Positions 11,691-24,768 of a stretch of DNA of 64,000 bases are shown in pieces. Under the pieces are notes generated by a model that did no database searches, was not told the origin of the DNA, and saw nothing but the letters and a program-made list of their open reading frames with translations. Position 1 is the stretch's first letter. Each line of letters begins with the position of its first letter. A program made the position numbers and the translations under genes. Origin of the DNA: Pecten maximus (Eukaryota); the NCBI RefSeq assembly GCF_902652985.1, contig NC_047028.1:9610001-9674000 (forward strand), in the 5' to 3' direction.

Positions 11691-14600
11691 GTGAGTTTTG
11701 CATGTGCGATATCGGATACTGTCAAAAAAACCTACTTGCTGATCGCGATCGGGAGTGTGGTTTACTTTGCCATTCTTTTTTATATATGTTTATCAAATGT
11801 CAACCGGACATTTTCTGTCCTGTTTAATTAAGTTACAAAGTGGTACACCGACTTATTGTTGAAATGATCAAAAGCTATAAAGTGATGTTGGGATGGTGAG
11901 CCGGCCCATGATTCATTGACGTCGATGGACCGGAACTGATAAGGTTTCTGTCTCGGGCAGAACAAAAAGGCTATTTGTACTCCTGTACATTAATATATGT
12001 TGACAAACAAACTCCCTTTCTCCCTATATAGACTGAGCAATTTAATTCAATAACAAACGACGTATGAAACATCTAGTCCCTGTGATGCCTCAATAGGGTT
12101 GTTTTGATTTAAAATGTTGGACTTACAATGCGTTGTGTATTCTATAGAGTCGTCTGGGGTGTTTTGTGAAAACACAACATGGTCGTTGACCTGGAACGTC
12201 AAACAAAAACAAACATGGTATTTACAATGGCACGGGTTTGATACGAGACACGTCGTCATTCTTTTAAGATATTGGTCTTCGGATTGGGAAGGTTTAAATT
12301 AAAATACAGAAATGTTCATCTTTCTAAATGTGTCTGTTAGATTGCTGAATCAATGCTTCAACAGTGGCATTCAACAGTGGCATTCAACACGTCTTTACTA
12401 AATGGCATAGGATAGAAAACATCAAACATTATAATGTTGATTAGTGTTAATTTGTTTCTCTAACATATTAAGATTCATTGGATTATCTAGTTACTTAAAA
12501 GTTTGATGTAATAAAATTACTAAATAATAATAGAAAAGAAAAGAAAATATCAGAATGATAGCACAAGAAAAGTTTGATTTACAAAGAGCATGCTTTGTTT
12601 CTAATAACAATCTCATTCACAAGATCTAATACGCTATGGGCCAGGATGATTAACTGAGACTCATGAGAGTGGTTTGCAGAAGGTTATGAATTCTGATGTA
12701 ATTTTATGTATATGTGGCTGGGTTATATTACACTGACCTAGCATTTTTCTATTTACTGATATTTGTATTTATACAAAATAGCCTAGTGTTGTCCCACCCC
12801 CATGATGTATACTGAATTTCTACTTCCCTACCTAGCTCTATAGTGAGACTTGTGTGTTGGACTGTGTATTGTAGATCCCTGCAGTCTGACAGCTGGTAAT
12901 CAGGATTATAGCCTAGTAGTAATGTAGTAGTCATTAGCCAGGTGTAATAGATGATGCTACTTATAACAGGTACTTCAGAGATACAGGTAATTCTAAACTG
13001 ATCATGGTACAGTACACACATCACCTGGCTACATACAACTTGTAGAGATCTGATTTAGTTATCATCTTGAGGTACTGCATTTTGCGTTAAATAGCATGAA
13101 TCAGTATACATAGAGTAAATTCAGTATTAAATGTATGTATACATGCAAATTTGTTCATTTCAGGTCAAATTAAAAAAAAATATGTGTTTCTGTGACAACT
13201 TTGAAAAATATGGCCAATCGCCCAGTATAGGTACATTAACAGTTTTGTAAATTGATAGGGACATTTTTTATAAACATTTTATTTATGTTGCAATTGGTTA
13301 TATGTTTTAGTTTCTACCACAATACCCTGTGTAACCTCTATTTACATCACACATACATATATGACAGCAGTTGAAGTGTGAAAGCTATTTCAGGGTTTCC
13401 TTTACAGATTAATCTTCTGCATTGCTTGCATGCAATTCCTGAAAAATAAGGGGGTCCTGTTTTCCTTTCTAAGGTTCAAAAGGCTACATGGACAGCATAT
13501 ATATCCATCTCTGTATAATGTCATCAGACTATCTCCTATCTGGTACCTCTGTAGTCTCTACAACATCTTTATGGTGATTTAAAAACAGTTGGTCAGAACC
13601 TGTAAACTAGCCCTGTGTGTTATTATCTATGAGACCACAACCCTGTGACAGGTAATGGGTAGGTATATACTGTTACATACTATACTACTACCAGTGATAC
13701 AACCCTGCTGTCAGAACATAAAAAATAAAACCTACATGTTGCCCTTGGAAGTGAATGTTGTAAATGCAGGTCAAGGGTAAAGATATTTTTAGGTGGTAAG
13801 AGAGATGAGGAGTAGCCTCAGAAATTTCAATGTGAACTTGCAGCTTGTTGGAAGGTGAATAAATTATTAGGTAGTGTATTTAACTAGACAAACATTCATA
13901 AGCCTGCAGATTCAAATTGATAGTAAATAGTCTTTGTACAGATAATCAATAGTCATGCATAGCCATAAACACAGAGTAACACAATACTAATGTAGATAAT
14001 TTCTTGTTCCTTGAGGTTATGGGGTAATTTTAGGGTTTGGACATTGTGTATGCAATTCTATATGGTAGTTTTGATATAACACTTTCTGAGAATTTCATTG
14101 ATATTTTCAGAAGAAACATGGGTACAAATTCCTAAACCTTGCCCCAGAGCACTCCCTAGCTATCTACCAGGAAAATATTACTGCACTACATGTGTACATC
14201 TACAAGCCAGTTATTTGTAAATACTACGGAGGTATTCATATTTATAACATAATTCATACAGTCAATAAGCCCTGTCAGGTAACACTGTAACTTATACATG
14301 TGCTTCACTCACAGTACGGATCTACTACACACAAGTACATAGACTACATGTTGGCTAGTGAAAAAATACTTGAAATCTATAATTTACTTTATACTTGAAT
14401 ATATATCCTGTTTGATAATCCAGTCAAAATAAGTAAAATAAATTCACTAGTAGCAAAACTTTATACATATTTCCTGTGCTACATTTGTAGCTGGTGGCAA
14501 TGGCGATTGAGTCATTCGGTCAGGTTTTGATGTGTGACCCACATAAGTTATAACACTTAACAAGATATGTTGAGGTATATATATATTTGGTGCAGTGTGC

Positions 14601-16384
14601 TCAGCATATTTATCAGTATCCTGTAGATTATTGAGGAAGTTACATGGCCGTATCAGCTTCAGGCCAGCCTCACTTCAATGCACATTCATGATCAGTTTTG
14701 ATGAAGTTATATAACATATAAGCTCTAGACAGGTATCCTTCTTTTTTAAGTTTAAAAATTGAAATTTATCCAAGAAAACTTATGCTGTCAGTGTGATATG
14801 CATGCCAATGCAGTCGTAGTCATGATTTGGTTGTAATATTAATTATAATTACCAGCTATATATATAATATATGCAATTAGGCCATACATCTGATTGATCT
14901 TTGTAAATATGCAGCTTTGTAAATTTGTGAAAATTTTATTAATTGATTACATTTTAATTATAGATAAGATAGGTACAGAATGTATAGTTTGATTGTGATA
15001 AAAAATTCTCAAAATTGATAGCTTTACGCTAATATATAATTTTGCAAAAAAGCATTTTATGACCAGTACAGTTTTAGTGTACAGTACTAGTGTATATACA
15101 TGTAAACAAATGTCTTCCTCTGTAAATGTGAAATGTCATTTCTAGCATCCTGCAAGCAAACACTTCCTATAAAGGTCTAGATATTCAGGAAATGAATTGA
15201 TCTGTATGTAATAATATTCTTGGAAACACAACATGGATAATGTTATAATAAACTATACATTTGGTAACTTTGGTGTTGTATTAATTTACTATAATGATAT
15301 TATTAAAAAAGGTGATCCTGTTTCTTATGATCAATGTAGTCTCTTTGGAACACTGGGCTAGAAATCTAAGGTAGAAAATATTTCTTGAAATCTATGATCA
15401 ATCTGATCATAGATTTCAAGAAATGTGTATCATTGATCATCTATAGAATATTTCAGTTGTTATAATTAATTGATTCAAATGTCCTAATTAGGTAGTTTCA
15501 GTAAAAATCATGCAAGCTTTTTATGAAATTCCTGAAGAATTTTTCATTGAACTTGATACTCGAGCTCTGAGACGGTACAATGCAGCAGAACACTAGATAT
15601 TACTGTTGATAATGGACATATTGATCAGTATTGTCTACTGTACAACTTGTGATTACAAAAACAATGAAGATGTTGGTCCAAGTTAGGATGCATGTTTGAT
15701 GGCTATTTGTTCCTGTTTCTGTCAGACTGATCAATGATTGTTTTCAGTCATCATCTGGTATTCTGGCTTTCTTGCTGACCCATTCTGTTATACGAGAACC
15801 TCATCAAAATCTGTCTGGAAAGTGATTACAGACTGGTAGTTTTCTCTATCGATCTTGTTGGTAATTAGATCATACAAGTTTCATGTGTATCATATTTGTG
15901 TTCTTATTTCATTGATATTGTGGCCAGATTAAACTGACACCCTCTGCACTGTGTCATTATTTCACAAAAATTTAAACCTCAGAATTTCAGAAATAGCATA
16001 TTCTGTGAATGTTGCCTTCAGCATTTCACACACAATTATAATATATATATATTTGAAATGAAGGGATCATAGATATGATTTCTGAATCCTAGATAGAGTT
16101 TTTTATGTTGAGTGACAGACCTTGTGTGTGGTGTGACTTCCGTCCATCAATGTTACTTTAACTGTTAAGTATTGATCTTCATACCATGTTCACTCATGCC
16201 CGTGTACATAATTCTCCACCATAGAACTTGTCTGTGGAATTTCCCAAATGGATCTGTCACCAGCTGTTAATAGCTGCCATCCTAATGATTTCTGTGTAGT
16301 TTTAAACATGTCAATGATAACTACTAGTTCTAAGCAAGTTAATTACTATTTAGTAAGTGATGGTCGTTAAGTGCTGGTCACATA

Positions 16385-17055
16385 AAAAAATAGACTGTTG
16401 GTTTCTGTCCCATTCAAAATAGACTTGGTTTATATAATTATGTTCCATACAAAATAGACTGTTGGTTTATATTATGTCCCATTCAAAATAGACCGTTGGT
16501 GTCTGTCCCGTTCAAAATAGACCGTTGGTTTCTGTCCCTTTCAAAATAGACTGTTGGTGTCTGTCCCATACAAAATAGACTGTTGGTGTCTGTCCCATAC
16601 AAAATAGACTGTTGGTGTCTGTCCCTTTCAAAATAGACCGTTGGTGTCTGTCCCATACAAAATAGACTGTTGGTGTCTGTCCCATACAAAATAGACTGTT
16701 GGTGTCTGTCCCATACAAAATAGACTGTTGGTTTCTGTCCCTTTCAAAATAGACCGTTGGTTTCTGTCCCATTCAAAATAGACTTGGTTTATGTTCCATA
16801 CAAAATAGACTGTTGGTTTCTGTCCCTTTCAAAATAGACTGTTGGTGTCTGTCCTATTTAAAGTAGACTGTTGGTTTCTGTCCCATTCAAAATAGACTTG
16901 GTTTCTGTCCCTTTCAAAATAGACCGTTGGTTTCTATCCCATATGAAATAGACTGTTGGTTTATATTATGTCCCATTTAAAAAAGACTTGGTTTCTGTCC
17001 CATACAAATTAGACTGTTGGTTTCTGTCCCATACAAATTAGACTGTTGGTTTCAA
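16385..17055. repeat. 29-bp minisatellite (~22 units)
   Basis: Unit CAAAATAGACTGTTGGTGTCTGTCCCATA with variants. Confidence 0.92.
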
Positions 17056-17599
17056 TCAAGGTTGACATCTTTATTTTGCAATAATCTCTATATTCTTTAA
17101 TTAAAGTCTGAAGCTTTTAATAGTACAACTTGCCAGCTTTCTAGTCATTGATTACTGTCACTACTCAGTTACTAGGTATTTCGCTTTATAGTCATAAGGT
17201 CTACAAATTTCATCATCATAATCAAATGCAAAAAAAACAACAACATATGTCCGTTCCATTACATATTTATGAATTCATATAAATCAAAACAGACAATGTT
17301 TTTGTGAGGACAACTTCTTGCTTTTAATGAAAATCATTTAGTTAATATATATACATTGTACATTCATTGACCATGAAAATTAGTTGCATGAAGATCAGGA
17401 TAAAAACATAATTAGATGTCATGTAGCTAAATCAAATCTGCCAAAATTTATATCTTTGCTTCATGCTAATAAAATTTAACCTGTATTCAGCTGTTACAGT
17501 GTACCTAGAGATCTTGAGATTTACAGAATCAAGAAACTCACTTGAAACTTGAAAGTCTTGAATTTTATAATCTGCATGATTTGATTGGATATCTATATA

Positions 17600-18674
17600 C
17601 AGAGCAACCCGCTTATTTGCATACCCCTTTTTCCACGACAAAATATGCAAATAACCGGAGTATTCGTATAGGCGGAGTTGGGTTTTGGCCCCTCTTATAC
17701 ATTATGTAGATCGTCAGGTCGGTACTCAAAATGGGCGCTATATGATTGTTTACGTAATTTCATTAAAAATATATTAAAAAAAAAACATTATTAAAAATAT
17801 AAGAGTAAATACGAAATACATGGGTTGTTATTCTTTGTAAATGTACAAATATTTGCATACACTTCATCGTTTACTACTTGTCACTCCGAGTCTCTGGGTC
17901 CGATATCGGTCATACCCGCGTGGGTTGGCACTACGATGTACAATGTCATCGTTTCAATTAACATTCATTATCGTCTCGAGATGCGTTGTGTTCCTGCTAT
18001 GAGTATATTAGTTGTTTGATCATAGATGATGAACTGCTGAAGCAATAGACTCTTAAATGACCGTGACATGTTATTGTCGTTTGGGTTTGTTTTGGAAAAT
18101 GGCGCACACACACAAAGAGTTGTTGTTCATTACACATATGCCCCCACAATGCAACGCACCTAGTAAACAATCATGGCGATCGCAACCTGCCCCAGCGAGT
18201 GTTCAAGTGCACAGAACACAGGTTTGGATCGATGCTATAATAAATAAACAAATCTCATCAAAAGATGAGGCATATAAATATTTTATTCAGTAATTCTTCT
18301 GCACATTGCTACTGATCATATGGTCTGAATAATAACTAAATGTTGATATCGATGCATCGAACGTAACCTGTAATGACGAAGTGTGAACCAATGATAAGAT
18401 AACGTTGTACATCGTGTCGAATCAATATGTAAGTTAAAACACATTTCATAAAACTTTTATTACGGGAAAATCACAAAAATACCCTAAAATCAATTGAAAT
18501 TTTTCGATTTTTTGGAATTTTTATATGCATATAAGCGGGAGTCAGTGTTTTAGTCGATGCAAATACACGGGATTAAAATACAAAGATAAAGAAGGAAAAA
18601 ATCGGGACCTGAGAATTTTATGCAAATAAGCGGGATATTCAAATAACCGATATGCAAATAAGTGGGCTCCTCTG
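17600..18674. mobile_element. Non-autonomous Tc1/mariner-pogo-type MITE
   Basis: Ends TA|CAGAGCAACCCGCTTATTTGCATA ... TATGCAAATAAGTGGGCTCCTCTG|TA: ~24-bp imperfect TIRs with TA duplication. Internal repeated TGCAAATAA motifs. Confidence 0.8.
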
Positions 18675-19020
18675 TATATACATATCATGGATTGCCAAGC
18701 CATGCCTGATATATATATCCCAAATTAAAGCTGATAGCGATCAAATTTATTGTCTTGAGTAAGATATTAGGTTTCTATTTTGGTTTGGAAAGTTTTTGTT
18801 AGAATTTGCCCACATGTATACATGAAAGGCCATGTGGATTCTTTCAGCTGTGATTATGGTTTATGATAAAGGAAGACCTGGAATTCTTTGCAAATCTGGC
18901 ATTGTTTCTGCACAGACATTTGCCAGCAAGATGCTAAATAATGAGACCAAGGATTTTTAATCATACAACACTTAACTGTTGATTTATAATTAGGTCAGAA
19001 TTAAAGTGCATCTTTTCCAA

Positions 19021-19238
19021 GGGGCCGCGTTGGCCGAGTGGTTAAGGTGTCCCGACACTTTATCACTTGCCCTCCACCTTTGGGTTGCGAGTTCGAAACC
19101 TACGTGGGGCAGTTGCCAGGTACTGACCGTAGGCCGGTGGTTTTTCTCCGGGTACTCCAACTTTCCTCCAGCTCCAAAACCTGGCACGTCCTTAAATGAC
19201 CCTGGCTATTAATAGGATGTTAAACAAAAACAAACAAA
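19021..19238 (+). mobile_element. tRNA-derived SINE with V-domain-like core
   Basis: A box TGGCCGAGTGG, B box GTTCGAAACC, core GGTTTTTCTCCGGGTACTCC..TTTCCTCC, (CAAA)-type tail. Flanked by a 12-bp TSD GCATCTTTTCCA (19008-19019 / 19239-19250). Confidence 0.88.
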
Positions 19239-20142
19239 GCATCTTTTCCAGATTGATGGCATTTCCACCCATCCACATGTTCACATATATACACTATATG
19301 TAACTATGAGGACTGCAGGATGCCACAATTAAATCACATTATCTATTGACATATGTAAGAGGGACTTCAAAGTTGGTTAAGTTGTAATATTTACAACTGT
19401 TGTTTTGAATCCTTCATTGGCAAATATTACATGTTTGATCTCTAGTAACCACTTCAGGTATACGTATCAGGTTGTTGGTTCGCATCCCGAAGGAAGCTGA
19501 GATCACCAACCGCCTGTAGGCTATAGGGTATCAGTATGCATCTGTATGGTACAGGGATGCCTTCAATGCTTTAGATATATAATAAAAATTATATTGTCAT
19601 TGTTTTGGAGCTGAGGTGAAATATATATAGTGTACACAAACTGCATTGACTTAACAAATAAAAGTTAATTATCGGTAATTTTTACTATCTATTAGTATTA
19701 GTATATTGTACATGGGGTGCCTTCGTGTAATTTCAGCTTGGATATAAATAATGTTGAATCACCCAATAATGTAACCATTTGTATCCATACATGTCTCATG
19801 TTGCTGTACATCTGTCTTATACAGGAAGTATAGGTTTATAGAATAATGGAGCAATTACAAAAAACACTTCTAGTGCTCAGCAATTCAGGGACGTGTGTAA
19901 AACTTATGGTATGACTCATTAGGACGTTCATTTACTGTTGCAAAAACACACAGACAGCATGTACAATATTTGTGCTATTAATGGCCCTGCTCTCGGTGAT
20001 GATTGTCTTCATGGTCAATCACAAGAATTCCCAATGGTACTACTTCTTTTGTAAATATGGACCTGGGACTTAATCATTTATCTTCATGGCAGACAAAATA
20101 TTGATTATGATTATTGGAAACACAGAAAAGGCAATGTTCATA

Positions 20143-21350
20143 CAGTGGAACTTCGTTAACTCGAACTCGGTTAACTCGAATACCCCGCTTAACTCGAAGT
20201 ACCTCGCCGGTCCCGGCCGAATTCTCTCTTTATCTTAGTAAAAAAAACTCGGATAATTCGAATTCGGATAACTCGAAAAACTCGGATAATACGAAGTAAA
20301 AATTTGGTCCCAACAATAAAAATCCTACTTGAAATGTTCGAATAACTCGAAGTATAATTTTCGTCGATCGGTGGCAAACGCCGACATTTTTTAAGAGCTA
20401 AATTCCGTTTGTAATACTGAACATATCGGCACTACTAACCTACATGCTATTATAAGTGTTTCATAAATTCATAAAAGAAATTGTCGGTTGAATCTTATAA
20501 CAACAAGTCTTGGTGATAAAAAGTACTGCTTTACTTACATCAGGTAATTTCCCAAGGCGGTCGCCGATATCAGTACACACGATAGTCAACAACTCATCTA
20601 CCCGTTCGCTCAAGCGGAACTAATCTCTGACACACCGGTAGATCTACCCGGCTGATGTTTTTACAGGTGTAGAAATGACACAGTCACCGGCGCCTATTAA
20701 ATCTTTAAACTGCTGAAACAATAGCGTAATTACTGCTGAGGTGTTCAGAGTTCAACTGTAACGGTCAGTGCTGTCTATTAAATCGGATAAAACGCCAACT
20801 CAGTTACAGTAACATTTTATATGCACATGCGCAGCCCAACTTCCGGTGCTAATACACACGGCAATGGCGTGGTTATCAATAAAAAGTAAGTAGGCCGATC
20901 AAACAGTATTTTATATATGTCCAATAAAAGGTAATGGTTCTGTTACGTTTTGTATGCAATCTGTGTTAAACTTAAACGGTTATTTGTTTTGACATTAATA
21001 ACTTGTTATTTTGTCGAATTCCGTTTTATCGTTTACCTTTTGCAAACATGACTTGCACATCAGATCGTTATTGAAGTGACTAAGTGAAAGACACTTTATC
21101 TTGACTTTATATCGGCAAAACTACACCAAATTACAAGTGACATAACGAAACATTACATATATATTTACATGTATTGACCAGTCTTCACACTAAACTGATG
21201 AGCGACAGAGCGAAGTTATAATGATTATATAATGTTGACAAATATTGACCAAACTTTTCACCAAAACTGATAACTCGCTTAATTCGAACACTCGGATAAC
21301 TCGAAGTTTTTTCGTGGTCCCGTCGACTTCGAGTTAACGAAGTTCCACTG
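20143..21350. mobile_element. Young non-autonomous Tc1/mariner-pogo(Tigger)-type element, 1208 bp
   Basis: Perfect 23-bp TIR CAGTGGAACTTCGTTAACTCGAA with TA TSD on both sides; many subterminal TAACTCGAA copies. Confidence 0.92.
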
Positions 21351-23124
21351 TACTTGATAAGCATTAAATAAAGCTTGCTATATGCTCTTTCCTTTGAGAA
21401 AACCACAAAGTTTGTTTTGAAGTCTGATAATTCTTTTTGTTGATGCTGATGAATCTCTTTTAAAATTTGGTTCTTTTGAACTATCAGTATCATATTAAAG
21501 CTGTGTTTATAGTAGAGGCCAGTGCCAGATAGCTAATTGATTGATACAAGGGAATTTAATTAATGACTTCAGTTACTATGTCTTTGTGTACCATGAAGCA
21601 TATAAACAACAAATTTGGCACCAACATTGGAAATGTATGTAGATGGTCTATACATGTACATTGACTTATTGAGAAATGTTGAATATTAATCAAGTAATTG
21701 AAATGAGTAATTTAATTAACTGGCTCTCAAAAAAAATTATATTAAGTGAAAGAAGATGCAGTTTGTATTTTGAAAATTCTTAAGAGTGCAAGTACTTCCA
21801 GGGCCGGGTCTTTTAAAAACTTAATATATATTCGCAGTTTACACCTGAGATTTTGCTTCTGAATTATCGAAATTTCTCTCCAAAATGAAACAAAAAGGCC
21901 TCATTCAACACCAGTAAAAAGAACTCTGGTGTACTCTGTACCATATCATTGAATATTATCGACTATGAGAAATTGATTGCCAGTGCCTCTATAATTAGGT
22001 AATTAAAAAAGTACAATATGCGGGTATGTTCAATACCTATATGTGTACATTTTCTGTTGGCCGAGGACAGTAAATGGATGCTGCCAGGATTTGTAATTCT
22101 ATGACAGTCATGGTCATGAACTGCACTTAGCCTCTCCAATGTATATTATATATTGTATCTATGAACCCTTATAACTTATTTATCAAAAACAGAACACAAA
22201 TTGTCCAGGTGCCAGGCTGAGTGGTTTGTGGTAGATGTTAGGTTGAATTCCATCCTTCAATCAGACACAGAATAGGCATAGAAAACATGTAATGGTTTAC
22301 TAGTTAGAAAACACTCCAAATCTGCATCTGTAGCTTTTCTCAAACCAAATCTGGTTTTATCTGCCAACAATTCTATACAGAGTGTGCCTCATGGCTGTTG
22401 TGTTGGTTAACTGTTTTGTTGTATTGGTGAACATTCATCATTAAGTTTATTTGAATATAATTTTGATTATTTTAAGTCCCGGGACCCATCGGTGAAACTG
22501 GGGGTAGCATAGGTTCCTCTGGGGCCTTCTTGTATATATATATATAGTATGTGCGTAATGCCAAAGATTGTCATTCATTTTGATAAAACTCTACATTTGA
22601 GGTTAAGGTCAAGGCCAAGGTCACTATTACGTTTTTTTAGCGGGGATTGGAAGAGGACATATGTTGCTATACAACACCCAGTATACTTGAGTATATCACT
22701 CTTTGAGTGTCTGTGCTATATACTTGCTGGGAATACACACATGCTCCAATAAAGAAAATTGAAAGTACAAACTTGTTTGTTGATTCTTGCGAGACCTGAT
22801 GCCAGTTTCCAGTTTCAGGCTGTTTAGTAACATATATAATATATATTATGCTGAGTATGCATATGCAATGAAAATTTGATGATATATCAGAATGTCAAGA
22901 AGAAATATTCATGCTACTGAACATTTTAAAGTACCAGTAAGCTATTCATTTTCATTTAGAATTAAAAAAAAAAGTCATCCTTTAGGTAACTTCAGACGTG
23001 GAGGTTAAAAAGTATATGTTTATATTTACAGGCGTGAGTTCTCACTAGCAGCAGGTAAAAGTTAAGTGCAGTTGTTTGTTGTTTGAAATTTCCTTCAATC
23101 TAATTGTGTACTTTAACATTTCAG

Positions 23125-23269
23125 ATCTGTCCAAGAACAGACTGCAAGATGTCCCAAAGGAAATATGCGACTTCGCATCCATGGAGAAACTCAACTGTTA
23201 CCACAATGTGCTCAAATTTCTCCCGGATGCCTTGGTCCAGCTACAGGCTCTCACCCATCTTAACCTAAG
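23125..23269 (+). CDS. LRCH: LRCH coding exon 2
   Basis: TTTCAG acceptor; reads (D)LSKNRLQDVPKEICDFASMEKLNCYHNVLKFLPDALVQLQALTHLNL (LRRs); GTAAAG donor. Phase 1-2. Confidence 0.93.
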
Positions 23270-24768
23270 GTAAAGAGGTGTTCACAAATAAACAGGGGTC
23301 TAGATCTTGTAAACATATAGTAGAATTTGAGATGATTTTAAGATACATGGTAAATCTTAATAACTTGCAGCAACTTAAACAGCATATTGAAACATGTATG
23401 TACATGGTCATGATCTGGTCCTGTCCACAAAACTGACACGTACACGTGTATCTAAAAATTTTATGATCAAAACATGGTGGCTTATTTTGAATTTATTTTT
23501 TTGAAGAATTAAAGAAATGTGCTTACAAAATCAAAAACATTCAATTAAATCAAGATAATTTCATCACTGGTTTAATTGGACTTTAAATTACTCAATTATA
23601 ATTACTAATTAATTCTATTTATTATTTATTTGAATAGGTTTGAATTAAATTGACATGTATATGAAGTAATAAAAATAATTTGGAAAATTTAATTAACATG
23701 CAATAATATTTAGACCTAGCAGTGACAGTTTTAGAGCCAGAACATAGACTACAGCTGGAGAATTTAATTTGTGATATGATTCATTTTACCACCAAGCAGT
23801 AAAATTTTGGAGGCACAAGTTAGTTCCTCTCTAACCTAAGTCTTGTAATTCATTGGTCCTTCAGCTTCTGTTATATTTCCGTGATATCCCCTTATGTTAG
23901 GTGACACGTAGTCTTAGTCACTGTAGTTGACAAATTATTTACAGAGTTATTGCCCTTTTTGGAGTCTTGTCTTACTAATTCCTTGTGATGTTACTTCTAT
24001 TTCTTTTAATCTCAACTGGGTTAATTAGCATCGTATGTAGATTTTTGTTTATCAATCACTGTATCCTATAATGTTTTTAGAGGAGGGCACCAATTTTCTC
24101 CATAAATATTATATATATCGTAGCTTCTTTAGAATCAGGCTACGTATACATTTAGAAGTTTAGAGACTGGTGACTAGGTAAGGTGGTGTTAACCTTGGAG
24201 GATGGAAACATACAGCATGGTGGTACTAATAGTGGGGACATCAAATCAAAATTACATTGATTGGCTGCATGTGTTCAGCACACCAAAGGTGTTCTGTTTG
24301 ATTGAAGACAGGTGGCTATCTGGCTGGTGATAAACTCCATTTGTTTTCAATGAGTGAACCTGCCTTTTGAATGGAGAATATCAAACAACATGCTTTCTGA
24401 CTTTCAGAGCGTCATGTGATTTTGTTTTGATGCAAATTTCAGTTCCTTTGTGTAGCCTGTATCTGAATAGCTGAAGCTGTTTAATGTGCTGGGGAGAAAT
24501 GAAGCTGTTTAATGTGCTGGGGAGAAGTGATTAAAGCTATAACTTTGGTTTTAATGTTACGTGATATTTGAATCACATTTTATACATGATAAAAGGTTTA
24601 TATATAGCTATGCTCTGTTTAATTTGGGTCAAGATCATTAGATTTCCAGTGCTATAATATAGAAACATTTAACAACAAATTTAACTTTTAAGCTTTCTTT
24701 CCTTTTATTTTACGCTTGGCCATCAATGACATATAATATCATGTTACAGTCTTTGTTTAACAATACAG

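Noticed and set aside
19021-19110. tRNA gene
   Set aside because: Has A/B boxes but no proper cloverleaf, and continues into a SINE core and tail with a TSD.
19462-19520. Hairpin with a CCCGAAGGAAGC motif reminiscent of SRP RNA helix 8
   Set aside because: Short, imperfect, and without the rest of an SRP RNA; likely chance.
21190-21225. Hammerhead ribozyme (CTGATGA..GAA)
   Set aside because: Stem II has only 2 bp, GAAG replaces GAAA, and no stems I/III or cleavage triplet could be built.
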